A stretch of 63,970 nt of DNA, the filler included, from Craspedostauros australis (lineage: Eukaryota), in assembly GCA_030167865.1 (NCBI GenBank). It is 14 parts of 14 records of this genome, joined end to end, with 100 filler letters (N's around TTAATTAATTAA, not from the genome) between each part and the next. Parts side by side here need not be neighbours in the genome. Positions count along the whole stretch, not along the records: positions 47,249 to 53,147 come from JALAGF010000863.1; positions 53,248 to 56,076 come from JALAGF010000864.1; positions 56,177 to 58,659 come from JALAGF010000865.1; positions 58,760 to 62,466 come from JALAGF010000866.1; positions 62,567 to 63,970 come from JALAGF010000868.1; 9 more parts are not named here. One strand, 5' to 3'. Each line of letters starts with the position of its first letter. Within the stretch, counting starts at the first letter, position 1. The notes beneath the pieces are model-generated. The model was not told the DNA's origin, did no database searches, and saw only the letters and a program-made list of their open reading frames with translations. Both the position numbers and the translations under genes were made by a program. Shown here piece after piece: positions 52,188 through 63,224 of this stretch.

Positions 52188-52862
52188 GGTGGTCTTGGCA
52201 GTGGCTGTAGAGGCAAAGGTAGATGCTGCTTGATGGATGGTGATGCGAATGCGGATCTGCTTGCCGGTGTTGCTGTTGTTGTGATGATGATGGATGGTGA
52301 TGATGGATGACGATGGATGGTGATGCGAATGTGGATATGCTTGCCGGTGTTGCTGTTGTTGTGATGCTGATGATGGTGATGGATGACGATGGTGATGGAT
52401 GACGATGGACAGTGATGCGAATGTGGATCTGCTTGCCGGTGTTGCTGTTGTTGTGATGATGATGATGGTGGATGGTGATGGTGGATGGTGATGGATGACG
52501 ATGGTGATGGATGGCGATGATGATGGATGACGATGGATGGTGATGCGAATGTGGATCTGCTTGCTGTTGTTGTTGCTGTTGTTGTTGCTGTTGTTGTGAT
52601 GATGATGATGGATGACGATGGACAGTGATGCGAATGTGGATCTGCTTGCCGGTGTTGCTGTTGTTGTGACGATGATGATGGTGGATGGTGATGGATGACG
52701 ATGATGATGGATGACGATGATGATGGATGACGATGATGATGGATGACAATGATGATGGATGACAATGATGATGGATGACAATGATGATGGATGACAATGA
52801 TGATGGATGACGATGGATGACAATGGACGGTGATGCGAATGTGGATCTGCTTGCCGTTGCCG

Positions 52863-52893
<31 letters not shown>

Positions 52894-53147
52894 TGACGAT
52901 GGATGGTGATGCGAATGTGGGTCCGCTTGTTGTTGGCGTTGTGTGTGGCGGAGGTGGCGGAGGTGGTTTGTTGGTGTGTTCAATTCTGCACACATTGTCA
53001 CGATGTGATGCTTTGGCAAAAATCAAGCAACACACCAAGACGAAAAGCTGTTGACGGATCTTCGCGAAAGTGTCCCCCCTGTGTCCCCCCTGTGTACCCC
53101 TTGTGTCCCCCCTGTGTCCCCCCTGTGTACCCCCTGTGTCCCCCCTG
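52170..53147 (-). repeat. Right inverted arm
   Basis: Reverse complement of 47249-48122 with a different number of internal modules. Confidence 0.9.
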
Positions 53148-53247
53148 NNNNNNNNNNNNNNNNNNNNNNNNNNNNNNNNNNNNNNNNNNNNTTAATTAAT
53201 TAANNNNNNNNNNNNNNNNNNNNNNNNNNNNNNNNNNNNNNNNNNNN

Positions 53248-54684
53248 TGCCATGAAGCCTATCTCTGTTGTGTGTTCGGCGTCCTTCAAATCCTGGATGT
53301 ACGCGTACTCTCCTTCATGGTATGCTCCTTCAAGCTCCGTGTTCCAGCTCGTGAACACCTGCATTTCGATGTTTGAGGACATCAGGATCTGTAGGTATAC
53401 GTCTTCGCTCTTCGATGTCGGGTTGGCCCTGCCAATGTAGTATCTGAGATCTTTCCACATGGCTGGTATGTCGGCCTCAGTGATGATGCATCCCTTTGCC
53501 TTGTTCTTCTTGTACCATGGGCTTATGACGAGACTTTGATCCATGCCTTTGGCTTCGTCGTACCACTGGCGAAAGCGCTCTTGGAAATCCCGAACTGGCG
53601 TTTTCGTGCCTTTGGGGATTTTGAGCCGCATTTCGAATCTTTCGTAGTATCGTCGTCTTGGGCTTGACATTTGGGGCTGCTTCTTCTGATGCTTGGTCCA
53701 TCCTTCACCGTCTGCTTCTGGGTTAGCGTTGCTCTCGTTTGCTGCCGGAGCTCGAGCTGTGCTGAGATTGCCATCTTTATCTCTCAGTGCTGGCGATGTG
53801 ATCTTGGTGTTCGTGGTGTAGGCTGTCAAGTTTGCCTGCTTCAGAGGCTTCTTTGTTACCAGCCCCACGAGGTCGTAGCTGTCGTCATCGCTGTCCATCT
53901 TCATTGCCTCGTCCGCTGAGTCCACTTCAGGAGGGGTTTTCTCTGCCATGTACTGGCAACCCATGTAGGCTGTTGCTGCCGCCCACAGAATCGTCATCTG
54001 GTTGGCTATCATCGATTTGCCTCCTGGCTTGGCTTCGTCTGAGAAGCATTTGGCCGGATCTGTTAGTGACAGGTCCGCTACCAGTTGCTTGATCGCCTTT
54101 CTGTCTGGATCGTCCGACGGGACTTTGGATTTCCCCAACTTCGTGGTTCGCCCGTCCATCACTGTTTGGAAGAATATGGTCATGTCTTTGATGCTGGGCA
54201 TGGTTGCTGACACCATGGAAGTATCTGCCTTCTCCCACATGGCTTTCTTGATGAGAGCTTTCTTCACTTGGTTGTGCATTGCGCGCTCGCCTTCACCGTA
54301 CTTCTCGCTGGACTCGAATCCCTTCGCTTGCTGTGCGATCACATCGTTGAGTTTTTTCCACCGCGCCGCGTTCGGATCCCTCCATGTCGTCGCTACTTCG
54401 CCTCGTTTCTCCATTAATTCGTCTTCGTTGCTGCTCGGATTTGGCTTGGGAGGAGGCTTGGGTGTTGCGGTTTGCACCGCTGGCCCATGCACCTCCGACA
54501 TCTCGACGTCGTCTGCTTTATCCTCCATGATTCTGACTTGCTTTGTCACCTTCATCGTCGTTTTGGATCTTTCGTGTTACGTAGAATTTGCTGTAGATTT
54601 CGTACTTGATTTTGTTGATGTGTGTCGTTTTTTGCTTTTACTAGTGTTATCGTTGTTTTTGTTTTTTCGGGTTCTGGTATTATA
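53248..54684 (-). mobile_element. 5' end and ORF1 (start 54555) of a probable non-LTR retrotransposon
   Basis: Near-identical second copy at 56177-57612 with different upstream flanks; short A-rich 5' UTR. The ORF core (DQSLVISPW...DLRYY) resembles diatom LINE ORF1 from memory; RT is not visible. Confidence 0.6.
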
Positions 54685-56176
54685 GCAGTGCCTTATGCCA
54701 GCAGATGATTGAGGGATAATTGTAGATTTTGGTTACCTTCCTTCCTTCCTTCTTGCCTCCACCTGCTCTACTTTGCGTTACTCCACAAGTAGCGCACTCT
54801 GCCATGCTGCCTCTGCTTACTCTGTGCCTGTTCCAAGAACCACACATGAATTCCAAACCTGCGCCACCTGGTCGCCCATTTACTTGCTTCCATGTTTGGC
54901 ATCAAGTTTTGGTGGTGGCATGTTTCCATATGTTGACACCGCAGTTACAACTGACTCGAGCCTTGCATGGTTGGACTTGACCAACTGATCTCAGTCACAG
55001 ACGTTAACGGTCTCGATACAGTACTGGCAACAGTAGATACATGACTGGACTCAATTGGGAGACTCGGATATTCTAGCTATCTATCAGTCTAGGCCAGATG
55101 GGCTGAATCAGAGCGCCAGGTGTCAACGCAGCCGCTGCTGGAGGGAGCGCCGCGTCAAGAACAGGAGCACTGTCGCGCACGCCGTCGATGGGAGGTGCAA
55201 CATTGGCAGGGTCGTCAGTGTTGAACCCACCGGTGCTGGGAAAGTTGTTGTTGCGCGTCATGGTGATGAGGGCGAAAACGATGGAAGTGTGTGTGTGCGA
55301 AATTCAGCCAGAACACCAACGATAAGACCAATGACGGCACCGGGTTGGGTGGAATGGCAGTGGAAACGCATGTGTAAGACCGTGAGGTCAGAAGAAGGTT
55401 CATAACCTGTGAGAGGAGACTGTGAATTGGGGAAACACAGAATTTATGAGATGTTCCTGTGGTGAGAGGAGGACGAGCACAGACTGATGCAGGCCAGACT
55501 GTGACACAATCCTGGTGTTGAATCAGCAACGGTTCGTGCATGAAAGAGGGGGAGGAGGAGAAGGAGGGTGTTGCGGTCGTCGGAGTCGGAGAGTGTCGCA
55601 CCAAAAGTGAATTTCATGTATCGGCGTGGGACACCATAAGTTCAAAGTAGTCTGTCCCTTGTTGGGATTCAATCGAGGTTTTTGTTCCGTTTTTGTTGTG
55701 CCTTTCGTCCCCACGAAGGACAGACTCCCACAAACAGAACACAACAAACTCGATAATTCGCAAAATCAACTTCGCAAAACGGAATGGTGTCTCCCATCCG
55801 TGGTACTTCCTCTTTTCGATCGCCGATTCGTAGTATCCCGTGGATCCGCCTTAGCTAGTCCCAAATTAGTGACGTGTCAGAGAGGGAAATTGTTTAATCA
55901 TGAGCACGTACTGTGAGAGCCTCTGGTTTTAGCAGTTTGGGCGGCATTGGGAAAGTCGACTGGCGTGACTTTCATATTAGCGAATTGAGAATTTTTTTTT
56001 TGCGAATCAGACTCATGACCAAACAAGGAACACAGTGCAAGTTACACGGTACGATCCAGTCCCACAAATAAACCTCNNNNNNNNNNNNNNNNNNNNNNNN
56101 NNNNNNNNNNNNNNNNNNNNTTAATTAATTAANNNNNNNNNNNNNNNNNNNNNNNNNNNNNNNNNNNNNNNNNNNN

Positions 56177-57612
56177 TGCCATGAAGCCTATCTCTGTTGT
56201 GTGTTCGGCGTCCTTCAAATCCTGGATGTACGCGTACTCTCCTTCATGGTATGCTCCTTCAAGCTCCGTGTTCCAGCTCGTGAACACCTGCATTTCGATG
56301 TTTGAGGACATCAGGATCTGTAGGTATACGTCTTCGCTCTTCGATGTCGGGTTGGCCCTGCCAATGTAGTATCTGAGATCTTTCCACATGGCTGGTATGT
56401 CGGCCTCAGTGATGATGCATCCCTTTGCCTTGTTCTTCTTGTACCATGGGCTTATGACGAGACTTTGATCCATGCCTTTGGCTTCGTCGTACCACTGGCG
56501 AAAGCGCTCTTGGAAATCCCGAACTGGCGTTTTCGTGCCTTTGGGGATTTTGAGCCGCATTTCGAATCTTTCGTAGTATCGTCGTCTTGGGCTTGACATT
56601 TGGGGCTGCTTCTTCTGATGCTTGGTCCATCCTTCACCGTCTGCTTCTGGGTTAGCGTTGCTCTCGTTTGCTGCCGGAGCTCGAGCTGTGCTGAGATTGC
56701 CATCTTTATCTCTCGGTGCTGGCGATGTGATCTTGGTGTTCGTTGTGTAGGCTGTCAAATTGGCCTGCTTCAGAGGCTTCTTTGTTACCAACCCCACGAG
56801 GTCGTAGCTGTCGTCGTCGCTGTCCATCTTCATTTCCTCGTCCGCTGAGTCCACTTCAGGAGGGGGTTTCTCCGCCATGTATTGGCAACCCATGTAGGCT
56901 GTTGCTGCCGCCCACAGAATCGTCATTTGGTTGGCTATCATCGATTTGCCTCCTGGCTTGGCTTCGTCCGAGAAGCATTTGGCCGGATCCGCAAGTGACA
57001 GGTCCACTACCAGTTGCTTGATCGCCTTTCTGTCTGGATCATCCGAGGGGACTTTGGACTTCCCCAACTTCGTGGTTCGCCCGTCCATCACTGTTTGGAA
57101 GAATACGGTCATGTTTTTGATGCTGGGCATGGTTGCTGACACCATGGAAGTATCTGCCTTCTCCCACATGGCTTTCTTGATGAGAGCTTTCTTCACTTGG
57201 TTGTGCATTGCGCGCCCGTCTTCGCCGTACTTCTCGCTGGACTCGAATCCCTTCGCTTGCTGTGCGATCTCGTCGTTGAGTTTTTTCCACCGCGCCGCGT
57301 TCGGATCCCTCCAAGTCGTCGCTACTTCGCCCCGTGTCTCCATCAATTCGTCTTCGTTGCTGCTCGGATTTGGCTTGGGAGGGGGCTTGGGTGTTGCGGT
57401 TTGCACCGCTGGCCCATGCACCTCCGACATCTCGACGTCGTCTGCTTTATCCTCCGTGATTCTGACTTGCTTTGTCACCTTCATCGTCGTTTTGGATCTT
57501 TCGTGTTACGTAGAATTTGCTGTAGATTTCGTACTTGATTTTGTTGATGTGTGTCGTTTTTGCTTTTACTAGTGTTATCGTTGTTTTTGTTTTTTCGGGT
57601 TCTGATATTATA
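56177..57612 (-). mobile_element. Second copy of the LINE-like 5' end and ORF1 (start 57484)
   Basis: Same ORF with ~10 amino-acid differences; cut by a gap at the same base. Confidence 0.6.
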
Positions 57613-57622
57613 TAGATGGGTG

Positions 57623-58039
57623 CTAGTTGGGAAATTGTGCACATGTTCCACATTTCCGATGCGACTCCCCTTTCAGTTTTGTGTTCTGAGTTGTTCTCGT
57701 CTTCATCTCTACAATGAATACCTCATTGTGTGCATCATTGGTTGGATCCCCCACAATGTTCAGGAAATCGATGGAGGCACGTACGTAGGTATTGCTCTGT
57801 TTCCGGACGAGGCCAGCATGAAATGCGGCCTTGATGGTCGTGTTGATTCCACCCACATGTTTGCAGTTCATGGCTGCTCTCATCAGTAGTTCCTCGTTTG
57901 CATGTCCCAGACGTGTGTAGGCATAGGATTTACCATGCCAGGCCTTCATGAACCATGCCTGCAAAGCNGTCTTTACAAGCTGTTGCTGCAGTTCCAGCAA
58001 CTGGGGTGATGCGGTACCATCACTTCCATTGCTGAGCAC
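57623..58039 (-). pseudogene. YqaJ/lambda-exonuclease-like PD-(D/E)XK nuclease fragment
   Basis: TRLGHANE...AGLVR...VRASIDF...VEMKTR follows the G-x-x-x-E, GL, ASxD, ExK order of YqaJ-like domains. Confidence 0.55.
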
Positions 58040-59393
58040 ATCATTTTNGTTGTGTTCTCCTTGTGTATCAGTCTGGAGACTGGAGTTACTGTTCCTTGTT
58101 GCTGCTGTGGCTTAGTCTGCATTATTGGATGGGAATGAAGGATTGCTGTGCTCTGAGCTACCTCTATTTTTGCGTGCAGCTGTGCTATCATCTGGTTGGC
58201 ATGCGTCAGTGAATGCTGATGTGTCTGCAGCCTCTGCTCTACTGGAAGCACCTGCATTCGACGCGGATGTGGCAGTAGTGGNTGGACCAGAGGCAGATGT
58301 GCTCGATGCTGCAGTGTNGGAAGCTGGCNTGCCTGATGTGCAAGGGNTNGGTGTGTTGAATGTGGACNATGTGGATTGTGAGGCAGGTGAGCCTGAAGTC
58401 TTGGGCACAGATGCTGCAGCTGTGGCTTCTTCAGTGGGGTGTGTGTTGCATGCCGAAGTTTGAGGATATGGAGGATTGAGCTGGAGATGAAGGGAGAGCG
58501 AAAGTGCTGACGACTGAGGTTGTAGATGTTCAAGTCTGCCGAGCAGACAAAGATTGTCCTTGATGGCAGTGGACAGACTTTGTGCGCCTTGATGCTGGTG
58601 TGAGTCGAGATGGCCTCGTCCATCTAGAAGCAGATGATCTCGTGCTGTGCGTTGTAGATNNNNNNNNNNNNNNNNNNNNNNNNNNNNNNNNNNNNNNNNN
58701 NNNTTAATTAATTAANNNNNNNNNNNNNNNNNNNNNNNNNNNNNNNNNNNNNNNNNNNNCTTTCCATTTTTTGGAGCGAAATCAATTAATTGAAAACGCG
58801 TTTCCATTATCCATTTTATTTTACATTATCGGGACTGGCTTTCAATTAATGGAAAAGCGAAATCCATTTTCCATTGTGCTTTCCATTTTTTGGTATGGAG
58901 AGGCGTTGCGCGGGACTCGATAGCTTGAACAACAAACATCAATATGTTATGAGTATGCCTGTGTACATGTCATTGACATTTAAATGAGATCAATTATTTA
59001 ACCTATCATTCCCAACGTACTTTTTACAATGATGGCCTTCGAAGAGGAGAACGAAGCGAAAAATTGAAGGAGAAGAGCGATGAGGTCGAATTAGTCGAAT
59101 GCCGTCGAGGTTGATGCATTTGCCGAGTGTCCCAGGAAAGTTGATCGATGTTTTGTTTTGTCTGACCGCCGCCCGTCTACAAGAGGAAAACGAAAAAGAG
59201 GCGTCAAGAAACATCAACTCGCTTTCTCTCCTTGCCTTTCCCACAATGGTGATGGCACGGAACGGCCTCTGGTGGACCGTTCAGTCCGTTCCATCCTCGC
59301 ACGCTCGCAAGCACACCCACTCATATAATAATAGCTTGTATCCACGCATCCCAGCATAATACAAGCGCCACTGGCAATTGATGCAGAGCAGCG

Positions 59394-60299
59394 ATGATGG
59401 ATTGGAGTGACAGTAGCATTACGACGGTGATTGCCGCCATCGTGGTCATCGCATCGTCCGTGTGGATGTGGCACAGATCGACAGCAACCGCGACGCAGGA
59501 CGATATCATCAAAAGCGCCGCGCCATCCAATGGCGCTGCACCATCCGGCAGTGCCACGCCAGGTTTGAAGAACGTATGGGACGCCGGAGCATCGTCCAAG
59601 TCGAAGGCATTGAAGAAGGGACACGATGGCAAGCCCTTCGGCTCCAAGTACTACTACGCGCACAACAATCCCAACACGACGGGCGGGTACAAGGATGGTC
59701 TGCGCATGGAGGATTACACCATGAACGGTCCGCGGTTGTTGAGCAAGGGTGGGGAGAAGCTGGATGATGATGTTGTGATTCAGCATTCCATTCATGATGG
59801 GCAGCAGCAGCAGGAGGAGAATGGGCCAGCACATATGAAGCCGTCCACCGACGCTGCTGTGGCATCCTCGCCTGCCGCAGACAGAAGGAAAAGCAGGAGC
59901 AGCAACGGCAGCAACGACGGTACCAGCGCTAAGAAGATCACGAAGTACCTTTGGGACGATCCCGGCGATTGGAAGAAAGCGGTCGGAACCATTCGGATCG
60001 ATACGCTGCCACCAGAGCTGGACTTTGCGGATGTCACTGTGGAAGACGTGAATGCGACCTTGATACCCACGACGAACGGCCTCGAAGTGCAACTGAGAAC
60101 CAAGTCACATGGTAACTACTACCTTCGCATCCAGGAACTGTACGGCAAGGTGGACAGCGTGACGACGGTAGTGAAATCGAAACGGCTGCTGATCAAGCTG
60201 AAGAAGAACAAGAAGGCGGTGCTGGCCTTGAAGAATCAATCAAATTTGGAAGCATGGCCGCATCCGCACAAGACGATCCTGAAAGCGGCTGTGTACTAG
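59394..60299 (+). CDS. N-terminally anchored protein with C-terminal CS/p23-like domain
   Basis: TM ITTVIAAIVVIASSVWMW, SKYYYAH motif, KKITKYLWDD and a beta-rich domain ending KRLLIKLKK...W. Confidence 0.7.
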   Translation: MMDWSDSSITTVIAAIVVIASSVWMWHRSTATATQDDIIKSAAPSNGAAPSGSATPGLKNVWDAGASSKSKALKKGHDGKPFGSKYYYAHNNPNTTGGYKDGLRMEDYTMNGPRLLSKGGEKLDDDVVIQHSIHDGQQQQEENGPAHMKPSTDAAVASSPAADRRKSRSSNGSNDGTSAKKITKYLWDDPGDWKKAVGTIRIDTLPPELDFADVTVEDVNATLIPTTNGLEVQLRTKSHGNYYLRIQELYGKVDSVTTVVKSKRLLIKLKKNKKAVLALKNQSNLEAWPHPHKTILKAAVY

Positions 60300-60428
60300 A
60301 GAGAGAGAGAGAGAGAGTATTGCAACACTTATGAGCACTACTCGTAGAATACATAGCATGCTTCCATTGGTTGACTAACGGCATGCGCGGCGGATGCTCT
60401 GTCATGCTCCTTAAGTGTGCAGAGCACG

Positions 60429-60569
60429 CTACTTACATTCTTCCTCCTCATTCTTGTCGTCGTCGTCATTATCGTCGTCGTCGAAAGTGCTCTCTGGGAC
60501 CTTGTACATGGTGAGGATGGCCTTGCTGGGCTGGCGCAGGAGGATGTACTTGCCCTGGTCCTTTTTCGA
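60429..60569 (-). pseudogene. EIF3D: Orphan C-terminal fragment of translation initiation factor eIF3d
   Basis: QGKYILLRQPSKAILTMYKVPESTFDDDDNDDDDKNEEEECK* resembles the eIF3d C-terminus (GKY..LKDPNK....Y..P..TF plus acidic tail); in-frame TAA just upstream. Confidence 0.65.
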
Positions 60570-60595
60570 TTAATACGATTCGTAAATGGCAATAG

Positions 60596-61534
60596 GAAGC
60601 ACAGCGAGAGCTGTCACAATCCACGTGCCGCGACCTTGCCGGCAAGGACCCCAACGCCGATGACAAGTGGGATGCCATCTTCGATCGATTGCGGCAGTTC
60701 CATGATGGCGAAGGACATTGCCTGGTGCCGCTGGATTACGATCTGGACCCCAGCCTGGGCATCTGGGTGTCGAATCAGCGCAAGCTGAACCGAAAGAACA
60801 AGCTCAGCGATCGGCGCAAGGCCAAGCTCAACAGCATCAACTTCGTTTGGGCGGCCAAGGTGAGCGCCATCCGCACGAAGGCGCCGGACATGAGCACGCA
60901 TGACAGGAAATGGCACAGGATGTACCAGCAACTGAAGGACTACAAGGCACAGCACTGTACATGCAACGTGCGCTTCAACGACAAGAATCACCAATCGTTG
61001 GCGCTGTGGGTCATGACGCAGCGACGCAAGAAGACTTGGTTTCACATGCAGCCGATCATTCGGGATGGTCGCAAGAAGCTTCTGAATGAGATTGGGTTCG
61101 ATTGGGGCAACGGCGTTCCAACATCATCTTCTCCTCGGCAGAGGAGGCTGCACGATGAAGGCGCTGGCGAGAACGTTGATGGTGGGAACAATAAATCGGT
61201 CGATGTCGTCGCTGGCGGTGCCAGCAGCATGAATACAAATGCCGCCGCAGCTGTGGATGCAGATGCTGCCGACGAAAGCGTGGAGGTTGGGGACCACCCG
61301 CGCAAACATCCTGCGCAGGATGATGGCGCGAACAGGCGGCCGAGCATGAAAAGGTCGAAACAGAAGAAGGAACGCAAGAGACCAGCAACGACGACAGCGA
61401 AGTCGACAGCCAAGGCAGCTTGTTCAGGCACGGTCACGCGCGCAAGCATTTATGTTGGGACTCCATTCGAACAAGGCATCGCAGTGGCCATCCCGACCGA
61501 GATGGAAACAAGCATCGAAGAGGGGGATATATGA
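60596..61534 (+). CDS. Helicase-associated (HA) domain protein with two HA repeats; 5' end missing
   Basis: DDKWDAIFDRLRQF...GHCLVP...LGIWVSNQR...LNSINFVW and DRKWHRMYQQLKDY...LALWVMTQR...LNEIGFDW; the frame opens after a TAG at 60593-60595 with no ATG before the first repeat. Confidence 0.8.
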   Translation, partial: EAQRELSQSTCRDLAGKDPNADDKWDAIFDRLRQFHDGEGHCLVPLDYDLDPSLGIWVSNQRKLNRKNKLSDRRKAKLNSINFVWAAKVSAIRTKAPDMSTHDRKWHRMYQQLKDYKAQHCTCNVRFNDKNHQSLALWVMTQRRKKTWFHMQPIIRDGRKKLLNEIGFDWGNGVPTSSSPRQRRLHDEGAGENVDGGNNKSVDVVAGGASSMNTNAAAAVDADAADESVEVGDHPRKHPAQDDGANRRPSMKRSKQKKERKRPATTTAKSTAKAACSGTVTRASIYVGTPFEQGIAVAIPTEMETSIEEGDI

Positions 61535-61760
61535 GACTGCAGCCTGCTGAGACGACACCTGAATGTCAGAGGAATATCATCAGGGAGAGCGCACGTGGCA
61601 GGGTTCGAGCATTCAATTTACAGCAGGTTGAGAATACTATTGAGCATACCACCGAGAGAGAGAGAGAGAGCAGTCCACAAGCGTGCTGGTACAATTATAC
61701 TTCCAATCACAATCGCAATTAGGTCTACAACAGGATAAAAACAACAACAGCAACACAGGC

Positions 61761-62384
61761 ATGTCGTTTGGAGACAACTTTTGCATGCTGCCTTCCACAA
61801 CCACCATGGTGAGGAACGAGGACGAGAATGCTGGGAGCATCGGCAACACCAATGGTAATGTCAACGCCAATGCCAACACCAACGCCAACAGCAGTGCCAG
61901 CAACGACCGCAGCATGCGAACAACCGCAGGTTTTGGAATCCTTCCCTCCTCTTTGCTGCCAAGTTCCGCCGCAACAGATCCCAGCACATCATCACAAAGG
62001 GCGTCGACCAGTCTAACCGCGAGCATCACAACTGGCCCAAGTGGCAGCATCGCAGATGAAGGCTATCTGGAGACCACCATCCTCTCCGTCTACGATCTTC
62101 CAACGAGTCGTCAGCCCATCGCGGTGATCATGAACATTGGCAACGTGACTGTTTCCACAGGGCCTCTGGTTTGCCAATCACATGGATCGCAACTCCTTTC
62201 GGTTCAGCACCGGCAGCCATATCGTCCAGCATGCGCACTTCATCAACAGAGAGTGAGAACAACGTCAATACGAAAAGCCCTTTTCGCAGCTGCGCAGATC
62301 GACCGCGACGATCTGCGTGATCTATGATGACCCAGATCTCAACCTGGAAACGAAGCTCTCGCTCAACGATTTGCGCATTCACTA
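61761..62384 (+). pseudogene. Disrupted gene with C2-like N-terminal domain, cut by a transposon end
   Basis: GYLETTILSVYDLP...TVSTGP, then a frameshift (MDRNSFRF) and an internal stop; ends at the TA of the transposon end. Confidence 0.45.
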
Positions 62385-62466
62385 AGAGCCCCCCGAGTGA
62401 GTCGACCACTCGTTTGAAACGGGCATTCTAACTTTTCATCTTCGATATCCAAACCAAGCACATATT
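62385..62466 (+). mobile_element. End of the TA-flanked transposon family
   Basis: TA|AGAGCCCCCCGAGTGAGTCGACC...CCAAACCAAGCACATATT. Confidence 0.65.
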
Positions 62467-62659
62467 NNNNNNNNNNNNNNNNNNNNNNNNNNNNNNNNNN
62501 NNNNNNNNNNTTAATTAATTAANNNNNNNNNNNNNNNNNNNNNNNNNNNNNNNNNNNNNNNNNNNNTTTTTTTTTGTTTTCCACCATTGTCATGTTGTTG
62601 TTTCGAGTTTGGCGCTCTCAACCAGTCGCACATCTTGGGGGACCCGGTAATTACGAATA

Positions 62660-63224
62660 ATATTAACAAATGTACGAAGGAAGCATCACACAAAACACTT
62701 CGAGAGTACCAATGTAACTCAACCATTCCGTTACGACGAAATGTAGCCAAGGATGATTCACATCGTGCTGTGATTGGTATTTCATGACGCAGTAACCAGG
62801 TTGGTGACGTAGATGACGGATCAGGCAAACATTGGGTAGAATGGATGTAAATGCGAAATCGCCGCTTCTCCCCAAACTCTACAACTAGCGCTATCGTGGA
62901 GGAGGGGTTGGATGGTCTCATCGGAACACCTCAAAAAGAGACTAAACAATTCAAAATCGGAACAAACTTGCTGAAACGAAGAACAGCAAAGGGTTAAGTT
63001 GGATCGATGTAGTCGTAGCCAAAGGGCTGAAACCCGAAAGAGATCGGAAAATATGNACATCCATCGGTCCATAAAACATAAAATAGGAGCAATAGCAGAA
63101 CCAAAATGGATCAGTATATGTTTTAGATCTATGAGGATTACGAATATATGCTTAGTTTTTAAATCGGAGGAAAAAAGTATGAAAGTTCATTTCAAACAGT
63201 TGGTCGACTCGCTCGAGGGGCTCA
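62660..63224 (-). mobile_element. Long arm of the TA-flanked transposon family
   Basis: Minus strand TA|TGAGCCCCTCGAGCGAGTCGACC; colinear with 42487-43050. Confidence 0.7.

Larger units (their letters stand above)
47249..53147. mobile_element. Foldback-like DNA transposon (PIF/Harbinger-IS5 type) with ~0.9-kb inverted arms and three genes
   Basis: The contig ends are exact reverse complements and enclose a DDE transposase plus two other ORFs. True termini and TSD are hidden by gaps. Confidence 0.85.

Noticed and set aside
53070..53147. Telomere or linear mini-chromosome end
   Set aside because: Strand polarity is opposite to telomeres and the unit is not TTAGGG-like.
58760..58895. TTTCCATT/CAATTAAT repeats at contig start
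   Set aside because: Probably a transposon sub-terminal remnant, but there is no partner to confirm it.
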